From a virus (lineage: Duplodnaviria; Caudoviricetes): DNA of 64,000 bases. The stretch lies in IMG/VR virus record IMGVR_UViG_2595698755_000001, positions 64,001-128,000 of that record, one strand, 5' to 3'. This document shows positions 55,368 to 64,000 of this stretch, piece after piece (within the stretch, counting starts at the first letter, position 1; each line of letters starts with the position of its first letter). The position numbers and the translations under genes are program-made. The notes beneath the pieces are model-generated. The model was not told the origin of the DNA. It ran no database searches and saw nothing but the letters and a program-made list of their open reading frames with translations.

Positions 55368-55862
55368 TTATATTTCTTTTAAATCGTACACCTCAAATAA
55401 TTCTTGTGGTGTTATATTTCCTAAATTATCGTTCGTCTTACGCTTTACACCAGAAGTGTAATAAGCTAAATCAACAAGTTCTGAACAAATCAATTTGTTC
55501 GCACTGTTGAAGAATAAATTTCTTTTTCTCTTTAATGCTAAAGACAAGAATAAACCAAGAAGCTGAGAATAATCATATCTCTTACCTATATTCTTATAAG
55601 CATAAGCAACAATCTTATCTGTCACTTCTTTTGGTTGATTTCCAGTAGTGTAAATTACATGTCGTTCATTTAACTCCAGTCTCGCAACTCTTGTTTTAAT
55701 GAATCTATTAGACTCAATTATTGTGATTACCTTTGTTGATTCATCGTATCCAACAACTAATCCAACATGAGTAAACTCACTATTTGTAACTTTAGCAATT
55801 AACTTAGATATAAAAGAATTTGTTTTCTTGAAAAATACTAAATTTCCAATCATAAATCTCAC
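55368..55862 (-). CDS. Permuted papain-like NlpC/P60 enzyme (YiiX/YebB family)
   Basis: G.LVF, S.FTHVG (His), GKRYD and ICSELV..AY (Cys), ITPQ.L. Confidence 0.8.
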   Translation of the reverse strand: MRFMIGNLVFFKKTNSFISKLIAKVTNSEFTHVGLVVGYDESTKVITIIESNRFIKTRVARLELNERHVIYTTGNQPKEVTDKIVAYAYKNIGKRYDYSQLLGLFLSLALKRKRNLFFNSANKLICSELVDLAYYTSGVKRKTNDNLGNITPQELFEVYDLKEI

Positions 55863-55874
55863 CTTAATAAATAT

Positions 55875-55903
55875 ATTATACCATAATTATTTGTGCCTGT
55901 CAA
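55875..55903 (-). promoter_or_regulatory. sigmaA-type promoter, family member
   Basis: Minus strand TTGACA-ggcacaaataattatgg-TATAAT. Confidence 0.8.
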
Positions 55904-55930
55904 ATAATATAGTACATTATTTGGAAAATT

Positions 55931-56701
55931 CTAGAATCTATATTTGTTCTTATATCTAAACTGAATCGTACAACTACCTGTAATCTTGATTCTATTTTGT
56001 CCATAAACTAATCGAGGGAAGTTACCCACGATTTTGTCATATCTATACATACCAATAATGTCAGTCTGAATAATTTCTTTCTCACAATTGATATAAATAT
56101 CTTCTGCATTTGTTAAATCTCTTACTTCAAAGATATTGCCACCATCATCTAAAAATTCTAATGTAACTGTTCCTGCACCAGATTTCTTAATTGAAATTTC
56201 TGGATACACATCAAAATGACTATCACTACTAATAGTGATTGTTTGAGGTGTAGTAGTTACAGTTGTGCTAGAAGTTGTAAGAGTTGGTGAATATACTTGA
56301 GATGAATCACATCTCATAGTGATTGTAAAGTATCCTTGCTTAATACCATTATGTACAATCTGTGCATCACTAATAGGCATACAGTAATACACTCTATTTT
56401 CTGCTCCTGCAAAGTATAAGGGTTTATGATAGTCAACCCACAACCATCTGATAATGTTTGAAATTTGGTCATCTGTATAAGTCCCATTGATTGCTATGTT
56501 CATTTCAAATTCAAGTGGAGAATCTTCTACACTATGTAACAAAGGTTTACTATTACCTCTAACTTTTGTCTCATTTAAATCCCTTGAAGCCACGAAAACT
56601 TCTTCATACATTCCAGAATCTAGAACGACATTCATAACATTATGTGTATCAGACCATACACCATTGAAATTAAATCGAACTTTGTCTTTAATAGTTGGCA
56701 T
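55931..56701 (-). CDS. Distal tail protein (Dit)
   Basis: Directly after the tape measure gene; F.FNG..S, I.RWL....KPL.F, GY.TITMRC.S and FPRL..G.N motifs. Confidence 0.8.
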   Translation of the reverse strand: MPTIKDKVRFNFNGVWSDTHNVMNVVLDSGMYEEVFVASRDLNETKVRGNSKPLLHSVEDSPLEFEMNIAINGTYTDDQISNIIRWLWVDYHKPLYFAGAENRVYYCMPISDAQIVHNGIKQGYFTITMRCDSSQVYSPTLTTSSTTVTTTPQTITISSDSHFDVYPEISIKKSGAGTVTLEFLDDGGNIFEVRDLTNAEDIYINCEKEIIQTDIIGMYRYDKIVGNFPRLVYGQNRIKITGSCTIQFRYKNKYRF

Positions 56702-56713
56702 CCTTTTCACTCC

Positions 56714-56756
56714 TAAAAAAATAGGAAAGAGAGGATGGGTTATTTACCCATCTTCT
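56714..56756 (-). terminator. Terminator-like hairpin overlapping the tape measure stop
   Basis: Minus strand GATGGGT-aaata-ACCCATC followed by CTCTCTTTCCTATTTTTTT. Confidence 0.55.
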
Positions 56757-59700
56757 TCAATCCTTTAATGATTTCACTAGTTACTGATTTAGCTTGGTCT
56801 TTAGTACCGTTCATACTTTCAATGTTGACATCTAAATAGTAATTGTTTTCTACGTTCATTCCGCTTACTCCACCTTCACCAACGAATTGACGAGCCATGT
56901 TGTTAGCTTGAATGTTTGGCAAGTAGTCTTTCACTTTATCAACAAGCTTGACAGTATCGAATAAATTCTTTGTGTCGTTTGCGTTTAATACTTGTTCTTT
57001 CTTGTGAAGCATTGCCATCTTTCCACCATTGCCACTCCAATCACCAGTATAACCGCCAGTGTCGAATGCTTTGATGTATTTCTTGTTTGCATACCCAGTG
57101 CTTGCTCCTCTATTGTTAGAGAACTTAACTTTCCACCAATCTCCTTCTTCTCCAAGGATTTGTACGTTTGCACCATTTAAGATACGTCTAATTACTCCAC
57201 CTTGCATGTTTGGTGCGTTACGAATGTTTAGATAACTATCTGATGTTACACCAGTTACGTTACCCTTCGTAGGCATTTGTTGTGGTGGGATAGGTGGCTT
57301 CTGTTGAGCAGGTGGCGTAGGTGGTGGTTCTGGAGCAGGTTTCATAGGTCTAGCAGGGTCATCTGGACGAATTACTTCGTTTTCGAATGTGTTATATCCT
57401 TTAGCCTTGATTAACTCTTCTACGTCACTCTTAGGGTCTTGTAGGTTGAAATCCATATTGTCAACAACCATGTCATTTGCATCTTGAACTTGTTTCTTAG
57501 TTTCATCTGAGAAGTCTTTGAAACTTGGTGTTAATCCATCGAATACTCCGTTGTTCATGTTGTTAATTTGCTGTTGCATTTTTTGTAATTCATCGTTTAA
57601 TGTTTGGAAGTTTCCTTTGATGAATTGGTCACGCATATCAGCCCAACGTTTTTCATTGTCGATAAGGTCATCGTATTTTGTACTTACGTTATCTTTTTCT
57701 TTGTCTAGTTCTTCAACTTTTCCGTTTAATACTTCTTCTTCTGCTTTTTTCTTATCTTCAATTTCTTTTAATTGCTGTTCTTTTTGGTCTTCTAACGCTT
57801 GTCGCATTAGTTCATCTTGACGTTCTTGTTGGAACTTAGCAATCTCTTTATCCATTTCAGCAAGTTCTTTTTTCATTTCCTCTAGTTTTTTCTTACCAGA
57901 AAGGCTAGTATCTTTGGATAAAATACTGATTTTATTCTGTAAGTCAGCACGTTCTTTGTTCTTGTTAGACAATTCTTCTTGATAGTTTGCTTCGTCTTTG
58001 TCTTTGTCCATTTGTTTTAGCTTCGCATCATATACTCCATTAATCTTTTCGATTTCTTTGTCGTATAATTTCATCTTAGCATCATGTGCTTTTTTCAAGT
58101 TCTCTTGTTCTTTATCAATAGCATCAATTGCCATATCTTTCATGTTCTTATAGTAGTTCTTTAATTGGTCAATGCCTTTGTCTGCTACATCTCCACGAGC
58201 ATCTTTAATTTCTTTTTCAGCTTGTAATACAGCTAATGCTGAATCTTCCCAAGCTTCTTTTACTTTATCAATCTCTGCTTTGATTTCTGTAGCTACTTTG
58301 CTATCCTTACCAAATTTATCTTCCGCTTCGTAAAGTTTTAGAGTTAAATCACGTTGTTGGTCTTCTAGCTTTTTCTTTTCAAGTTTTAATTGTTGTGCTT
58401 TCTCAATATAAAGATTCATCATCTTTGTCATGTTGTTAGGGTCTGTCAATTCCGCTACTGAGATATTGAAATCAATATCATCAACTTTGCCCTTGATTTC
58501 CTCTAATCCTTTTGTATAAGCTTCAACAATAGCATCTACGTGTGCTTTCAGAATGTCTGCATAACGTTGTTCCCAGTTGTCTAAGAACTCTTGCCATTCT
58601 GCTCTCATTGAAGTAATAGAACTTAAATTACTTTCGTATTCTGACCATAGTTTGTTGTATTGGTCACGTTGTTCTTTTGTATGACTATTAATGTTTTTCA
58701 GACCTTCTAGTTCACGCTTGATTTGTTCATTTCTACGTTCTTTATCCCATAGGTCATGATTTAAAAGTTCCCAACGTTTGATTTCAACTTGATACACATC
58801 ATGCATCATCTTGCGATATTCTGCTGTGCTCTTATTCATGGATTTCATCTTAGCTTCCATCCACTTTAATGTTACGTCTAATTCTTTCATGCTACGTTCA
58901 TAGCTACTCCAAACAGTAGGGTCTGCTAGTTTATCTGCTTCTGAATCTGTACTACTTGCTTTTGCAGAATAGAATGATTCTTTAACCCAACTTCCGTCTT
59001 CTGTTTGAACGTATCCTTTTTTACGTCTGTTAGGGTCATTTCTATCGTTGTCTTCAAAGCTATCACTGTATCCAGATAATGCTCCAAATAATCCATAAGA
59101 ATTATATCCTGTATAGATTGATGGTTGGATTGTACCAGAAGTACCTCCACCTCCACCGATAGAACCAGAGTCTCCACTACTTGCAGAGAATGAACCTAAA
59201 GCACTTGACATTGCTGAACCGAAGTTCGTTACTGCACTTGCTACTTCTCCGTTACCAGTATCAGCAAGAACATTTGTAATAGAACTCATTGTCCATGTTG
59301 CACCTGTTGGTAATGGTGGTAATGATGGTGCTTTAACTTGTACGTTAGAAGCTTGTTGAGCCTTTGCAATATAATTGTTTAAATTAGTCATTGCACCAGA
59401 GATTGTGCTATTTAAACCTTGTACAGCAGATTTAGCTTGGTTAGCTGAATCTCTTACTTTGTTTAATGCACTAGCTTGTGAGTTGTGAGCACTATTCATA
59501 GCACCTGTACTTCCAACAACAGTTCCTACCATTGAACTGAAAGCACCTTTGATAGCACTACTTGCTTGCATAGTTCCAGAAGCCATTGCGAATACTGCCA
59601 TCATGTAACTTGAGATTGCTCCCACGATAGATGAAATAGAACTGATTCCTGCTTGAGCCATTGCTGAATATGCTTGTGCCATATTTTGCGTTGCTGAGAT

Positions 59701-62700
59701 TGCACTCATAATTGCGCTTGCTTCTGATTGTTTAGCGTTTGCTACATTGAATGATGCTGTAGCTGAGTTTTGTGAAGCATTAGCTTCTGCGTTTTTAGCC
59801 TGTGCGTTGTTTTGTGATGCGTTTGCACTTGCTTGAGATGCTTGAGTTGCGCTTGCTAATCCGCTTGATGCTGTCGCACTTGCAGAACCCATGTTTGCCA
59901 TAGATTGAGATGCTAATGAACATGATGCACCGACACCATTCATTGCTCCTACAAAGCTACTTGCGCTACCGCTTGCGTTTGCCATTGAATCTCCAATGCC
60001 TTGTAAGCTTTGTGCTGTTCCGCTTGCTTGAGATACTACGTTAGACATTTCACCTCTAACACCACTCATAGATGTTTGGAATCCACTCATCGCTTGACCT
60101 GCACCTGCAAATGCCATACCGAATTGACTTAATCCTGTAGCTGTTCCCGTTACTTCTGTTGCCATTCCGTTCATTGAAGTTTTAACGTTGTCTACTGCAA
60201 TCTTATATTGGTCTAATGCGTTTTTAGCGTTTCCAATTGTTGTAACGTGTCCTTGGATTTCTTGTGCACTTGTACCAGATTGTCTTGACATTCCTTGAAG
60301 TTGTTCTGTAAACAATTGTGCACTTGTTTTAAATGGTTGGAATCCTTGGTTGATACCAGTACCTAAGTTGCTGAATGCAGTGTTAATACCACCAACGTTT
60401 GTTTCAACAGCAGTTTTCGTGTTGCTCATTTCTGTTCCAATGTTTTTAACATTTTCTTTTAATGGTGCTAAACTATTTCCAGAGTTGCCGATTTGAGACA
60501 TTCCAGATTGGAATCCTCCAACTGTTCCTCCTAGTTGTGTGTTCATGTCAATAAGTTTTCGACCTACTGCATCTGCTTCTGTTTTAAGAGGACTCATGTT
60601 TCCACCAGAGTTACCAATTGCAGTTGTATCAGATGATACTTTACTACTCGCTTCACCAGATTTTGTTGTTAGTTCATCGAAACCTAAGTCTCTCATCTTT
60701 TGTTCTAGTAATGATAATGGTGCACCAGAATTACCTGCACGTTGCATGTCTGCTTCGACTTTACCTGCTGTTTCACTAGATTTCGCTGTGAACTCATCAA
60801 AGCCTAAGTCTTTCATTTTGTTTTCTAGTAATGATAGTTTTTCACCAGAGTTTCCAATCTTAGCCATTTCTTCTGGAGTAATTGCTCCTGCTTTTTTAGC
60901 GTATTCAATTACACCTTCCATTGTAAGACCCAGTTCATCACCTTTTGCCTTAACTTGACTAAAATCTGCAAGGTTGATTTTTTGTAATCCTTCGATTACT
61001 TGCTGACCAGTTTGACCACTCAATTGTCCAAGTTTTTCCATTTCTTGAATAAATGGTTGGAACTTGCTTCCAGATGAACCTACTTTATCACCTGCTTCAT
61101 TGAATTTGTCTCCTGCTTCGTTGGCTTTGTCGCCACCTTCTTTAGCCTTATCACCTGCTTCGTTAAACTTCTCTCCACCGCTTTTAGCTTTGTCTCCTGC
61201 TTGGTCAATACGGTTTCCGTTCTCATCTAGGATTTGACCTTGTTCTTTGATACCATGACCAAATGTACGTGCCTTACCTGTTAACAAGTCTACGTCTAAA
61301 CCATATTTAGCAACTGACTCTCTGAATCTATTGATTTGACCTTCTGTTGCGCTACCCCAGTCTAATGCTAGCTTTCCACTTTCATCATACTTAACGCCAA
61401 TTTCTTGCATTACAGAAATAGTTTCATGTAATCCATCAATGTTTTCATAAACTTGGTCTTTAGAGATTCCTAAGAACTCTGAAAGTTTTGCTCCAGATTC
61501 AGCCCAAAGTTGTGTTCCTTTTGCGTTTTCACCATATAATAGTTGAGCAGTTTTAAGTGCTTCTAGGTGACCTTGCATGTTTCCTAGTTCTTCATTTTTA
61601 TATCCGAATAATTCTTTTTGAGCATCTATTGCATCAATAACTGCTTCTTTGTAATCTTTAAGTGCACCTGTAGCTTCATCAACAGAACCGCCTGTTCCTT
61701 CCATTGCAGATGAAACACCGTTCTGAGATTCTTCTAGTGCTCTATTTCTAAGTTCTGCGTTAGCACTTTCCATACCAAGTTTCATAACAAACTCTCTAGC
61801 TTGCTCTGCACTTAATCCGTATTTCTCTGCTTCTTTAGCAAGTTCATCAAATGTTCCACCATTAGATGATTTAACCTTCATACCAACGTCAATTAATTTT
61901 TCCATGTTCTCTTTTGCTTTATCTAAATCATCAAGATTTTTGATATCAAAGAAATCGTCTGGGATTGCTTTACCAATACTACCAAGTTGCTGTTTGATTT
62001 GTTCGATTTTTTGAGAACCTTTTAGAGTACCAGAGTCAATACCTTGAGTCATTTTGTCGAATGCTTTTGCAAAGACATCACCCATTTGGTTACCGCCCTC
62101 GGTAATCTTTCTAATCATTGAATCAATTTGCGCTTGAGATTTTCCATCTTCTACTAGCTTCTTGATTTTATCACTGTTCATAGTAGCGAATTTCTCTACT
62201 ACTTGTTGAGCACCTTCACCCATTTTAGCTAGGCTACCTTTTGCTTCTAGATATGCTCTAGATTGCTCTTGGATTTTTGCAGTTGTTTTTTGTGTTGCAT
62301 CTAAACGTTTGTAAACTAGGTCTGCCATACCTTTTTCGTATTTCATTTGCGCTTCTGCACGTTCTTCTTTAGAAGCACCACCTGTACCTGCTTTCCAATC
62401 AACCGAACCAGTTTTAATCTTGTCACGTTCTGCTTTAAGCTTTTTCTCTTCCTCTACTAATTCTCTAAGTGCTTCGGCTTCTTTCTTAACGTTTTCATCG
62501 AATCTCTTATTAGTAGCATCTGCTTTAGCTTGTGATAATTCTTTTGTTAATTTTAAATGTTCTCTAAGTTCCTTAGAACTCTTCATCCATGCTTGACCTT
62601 GTGAGTCAATTGTTTTAACCATGTTTGGCATAGCTTGTGATAGTTTAGTTTGTACAAGCATGAACTCATCGTACTCTTTAGTACCTTTCTTGATGCTGTC

Positions 62701-64000
62701 TCCTGCTCTTTCGAATGCTTCATACTTAGCAAGTAATCCTTCTAAACCATCTGCACTCTTACGATAAGCGTTAACAGTTTGGTTGATACTCTTGTCAAGT
62801 GCTTCTTGTTCTTGTTTAGCTTTTTGATATTTCCCGATAAGGAACTCAATAGCCATACCAATACCCATGAAGACTGCACCCATACCAAGCATACCCATTA
62901 AAGACCTACCGAATCCTGCAAGTGCACCACCAAGTGATTTCATAACACCTACTCCACCAGTTGACGTTGTGATAACTCCCTGCATACCGCCTTTGAACTT
63001 ATCTAATGCAGTTGCTTGAGCACCCATTGTACGAGTTGTTTCAGCCATACCTTGTTTGAATACTCCAACAGTTGCGCCCATTCTACCAAATAGACCTTGG
63101 AATGCACCCATTTTAGCCATTACTGCTCCAAGGATTAACCCTACACCAGATAACGCTCCAAATGATTGTGCTACGTTTGTGATACCTTTTGCTACCGCAC
63201 CTAGACCATTGATAGCCATTAAGATTCCACCACTTAGGAATGCTTTACCGATAGCCAATGACATTTCAGTGAAACCATTTTTAAGTTTGTTAATCTTAGC
63301 TTCGAATGATTGTAGATACTTTTCATTCTCACGCATTGCAGAACCTTGTGATTGGTAAGCAGTGTTTGTCGCTTTAACAGCCATATCGTAATTGTTCATT
63401 ACAGCTAGGAAACGTGTTAATTGGTTACGACCTGCGATTTTAACTGCGATGTTTTGTTGTTCTTCTTTTGTTAAAGTTTTCCATCTTTCACCAAGTTCGT
63501 TCATGATTTGAGATACTGGTTTAACAGATTTTACACCATTTTCACCAATCTCATACATTGCAATACCGACATTTCTAAGTGTCTGTTCTGAGTCTTTCAT
63601 TGTTGTCATACGAGAATAGATTGTTTTCAATGAGTTACCAATGATAGCACCAGACTCCATTGTTACCGCACCAATCGCTGTGATATGACCAATGTTTTCT
63701 TCTAGACCTACACCGAATGTTTTACCTGCTGATGCAGATTTTTGTAAACCTTCTGCTAACTGTTTCGTACTGATAGCATAGTTGTTATCTACTTCGTTCA
63801 GTGCATCTACGATTCTGATAGAATCAGAAGCTTCAATGTTGAATGCGTTCATAGTACCTACTAGAGATTTCTGTGCTTCTTCAACTGATAAGTCAGATAC
63901 GTTTGACATTAGTGTTGCTGTTTCTGTGATAGATGTTAATTGTCGTTCATTGAAGTCACCAAATGTACGAGCAAACTCATTCATACCTTTCATAATATCA
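56740..64000 (-). CDS. Tape measure protein (over 2417 aa; 5' end outside window) with C-terminal SH3b domain
   Basis: TP901-like core (VDALNEVDNNYA, IGNSLKTIYSR), long Ala/Gly/Ser helical repeats, coiled coils, LNIR..P...GDWWKV SH3b and FDTGGYTG end motif. Confidence 0.93.
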   Translation of the reverse strand, partial: DIMKGMNEFARTFGDFNERQLTSITETATLMSNVSDLSVEEAQKSLVGTMNAFNIEASDSIRIVDALNEVDNNYAISTKQLAEGLQKSASAGKTFGVGLEENIGHITAIGAVTMESGAIIGNSLKTIYSRMTTMKDSEQTLRNVGIAMYEIGENGVKSVKPVSQIMNELGERWKTLTKEEQQNIAVKIAGRNQLTRFLAVMNNYDMAVKATNTAYQSQGSAMRENEKYLQSFEAKINKLKNGFTEMSLAIGKAFLSGGILMAINGLGAVAKGITNVAQSFGALSGVGLILGAVMAKMGAFQGLFGRMGATVGVFKQGMAETTRTMGAQATALDKFKGGMQGVITTSTGGVGVMKSLGGALAGFGRSLMGMLGMGAVFMGIGMAIEFLIGKYQKAKQEQEALDKSINQTVNAYRKSADGLEGLLAKYEAFERAGDSIKKGTKEYDEFMLVQTKLSQAMPNMVKTIDSQGQAWMKSSKELREHLKLTKELSQAKADATNKRFDENVKKEAEALRELVEEEKKLKAERDKIKTGSVDWKAGTGGASKEERAEAQMKYEKGMADLVYKRLDATQKTTAKIQEQSRAYLEAKGSLAKMGEGAQQVVEKFATMNSDKIKKLVEDGKSQAQIDSMIRKITEGGNQMGDVFAKAFDKMTQGIDSGTLKGSQKIEQIKQQLGSIGKAIPDDFFDIKNLDDLDKAKENMEKLIDVGMKVKSSNGGTFDELAKEAEKYGLSAEQAREFVMKLGMESANAELRNRALEESQNGVSSAMEGTGGSVDEATGALKDYKEAVIDAIDAQKELFGYKNEELGNMQGHLEALKTAQLLYGENAKGTQLWAESGAKLSEFLGISKDQVYENIDGLHETISVMQEIGVKYDESGKLALDWGSATEGQINRFRESVAKYGLDVDLLTGKARTFGHGIKEQGQILDENGNRIDQAGDKAKSGGEKFNEAGDKAKEGGDKANEAGDKFNEAGDKVGSSGSKFQPFIQEMEKLGQLSGQTGQQVIEGLQKINLADFSQVKAKGDELGLTMEGVIEYAKKAGAITPEEMAKIGNSGEKLSLLENKMKDLGFDEFTAKSSETAGKVEADMQRAGNSGAPLSLLEQKMRDLGFDELTTKSGEASSKVSSDTTAIGNSGGNMSPLKTEADAVGRKLIDMNTQLGGTVGGFQSGMSQIGNSGNSLAPLKENVKNIGTEMSNTKTAVETNVGGINTAFSNLGTGINQGFQPFKTSAQLFTEQLQGMSRQSGTSAQEIQGHVTTIGNAKNALDQYKIAVDNVKTSMNGMATEVTGTATGLSQFGMAFAGAGQAMSGFQTSMSGVRGEMSNVVSQASGTAQSLQGIGDSMANASGSASSFVGAMNGVGASCSLASQSMANMGSASATASSGLASATQASQASANASQNNAQAKNAEANASQNSATASFNVANAKQSEASAIMSAISATQNMAQAYSAMAQAGISSISSIVGAISSYMMAVFAMASGTMQASSAIKGAFSSMVGTVVGSTGAMNSAHNSQASALNKVRDSANQAKSAVQGLNSTISGAMTNLNNYIAKAQQASNVQVKAPSLPPLPTGATWTMSSITNVLADTGNGEVASAVTNFGSAMSSALGSFSASSGDSGSIGGGGGTSGTIQPSIYTGYNSYGLFGALSGYSDSFEDNDRNDPNRRKKGYVQTEDGSWVKESFYSAKASSTDSEADKLADPTVWSSYERSMKELDVTLKWMEAKMKSMNKSTAEYRKMMHDVYQVEIKRWELLNHDLWDKERRNEQIKRELEGLKNINSHTKEQRDQYNKLWSEYESNLSSITSMRAEWQEFLDNWEQRYADILKAHVDAIVEAYTKGLEEIKGKVDDIDFNISVAELTDPNNMTKMMNLYIEKAQQLKLEKKKLEDQQRDLTLKLYEAEDKFGKDSKVATEIKAEIDKVKEAWEDSALAVLQAEKEIKDARGDVADKGIDQLKNYYKNMKDMAIDAIDKEQENLKKAHDAKMKLYDKEIEKINGVYDAKLKQMDKDKDEANYQEELSNKNKERADLQNKISILSKDTSLSGKKKLEEMKKELAEMDKEIAKFQQERQDELMRQALEDQKEQQLKEIEDKKKAEEEVLNGKVEELDKEKDNVSTKYDDLIDNEKRWADMRDQFIKGNFQTLNDELQKMQQQINNMNNGVFDGLTPSFKDFSDETKKQVQDANDMVVDNMDFNLQDPKSDVEELIKAKGYNTFENEVIRPDDPARPMKPAPEPPPTPPAQQKPPIPPQQMPTKGNVTGVTSDSYLNIRNAPNMQGGVIRRILNGANVQILGEEGDWWKVKFSNNRGASTGYANKKYIKAFDTGGYTGDWSGNGGKMAMLHKKEQVLNANDTKNLFDTVKLVDKVKDYLPNIQANNMARQFVGEGGVSGMNVENNYYLDVNIESMNGTKDQAKSVTSEIIKGLKKMGK
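60596..60860 (-). repeat. About 40-aa tandem repeats in the tape measure gene
   Basis: GNSGEKLSLLENKMKDLGFDE... / GNSGAPLSLLEQKMRDLGFDE... / GNSGGNMSPLK. Confidence 0.75.
61081..61203 (-). repeat. 21-bp (7-aa) tandem repeats in the tape measure gene
   Basis: AGDKAKS GGEKFNE AGDKAKE GGDKANE AGDKFNE AGDKV. Confidence 0.8.

Noticed and set aside
57918-57935. ATAAAA-TACTGA-TTTTAT core inside the tape measure gene
   Set aside because: Outer arm bases do not match the four intergenic sites, it is coding (NKISILS), and a chance hit is plausible in AT-rich DNA.
420-63358. Many 60-140-aa ORFs overlapping real genes on the opposite strand or in another frame
   Set aside because: No RBS or recognisable motifs and fully nested in well-supported genes; treated as shadow ORFs. 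The track entry 38580..38768 also duplicates a shadow of the rok-like gene.
1-64000. CRISPR arrays, tRNA/rRNA genes and IS elements
   Set aside because: No regularly spaced direct repeats, cloverleaf-sized intergenic gaps with tRNA motifs, or transposases were recognised by eye.

Overview
The window is a 64-kb piece of a large, AT-rich Bacillus (probably B. cereus group) siphophage genome; no host chromosomal DNA is evident. The + strand arm (1-38448) carries replication and nucleotide genes: the end of a topoisomerase/gyrase A subunit, class Ib nrdIEF plus a redoxin, dUTPase, guanylate kinase, ThyA, DHFR, thymidine kinase, DNA ligase, DnaE and a RuvC-like resolvase. Mixed in is a likely anti-defence and host-takeover set: an Apyc1-like metallo-beta-lactamase, a NARP1-like PRPS/NAMPT pair next to a SLOG gene, Rnl1 plus Pnk-HD and Rnl2 RNA-repair enzymes, a nucleotidyltransferase, two ClpP paralogues, a subtilisin and several lipoproteins. 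The - strand arm (38537-64000) carries a 5'-truncated tape measure gene, distal tail, tail tip and fibre genes, the lysis cassette, an Ig/LamG module and a Rok-like gene. The most interesting signals are: (1) two separate gene sets whose Ig-like domains stop one beta-strand short while partner proteins start with a matching strand, suggesting pilus-like fibres built by donor-strand complementation; (2) four intergenic dif-like 25-bp sites (TGTATAAAA-N6-TTTTATCAAG), two inside an identically spaced composite hairpin element and one exactly at the strand switch; (3) a consensus promoter facing antisense into the lysis genes; (4) a probable ACG start codon for nrdI; (5) about 18 sigmaA-type promoters with a conserved spacer. 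All calls come from reading motifs by eye; no database searches were run.
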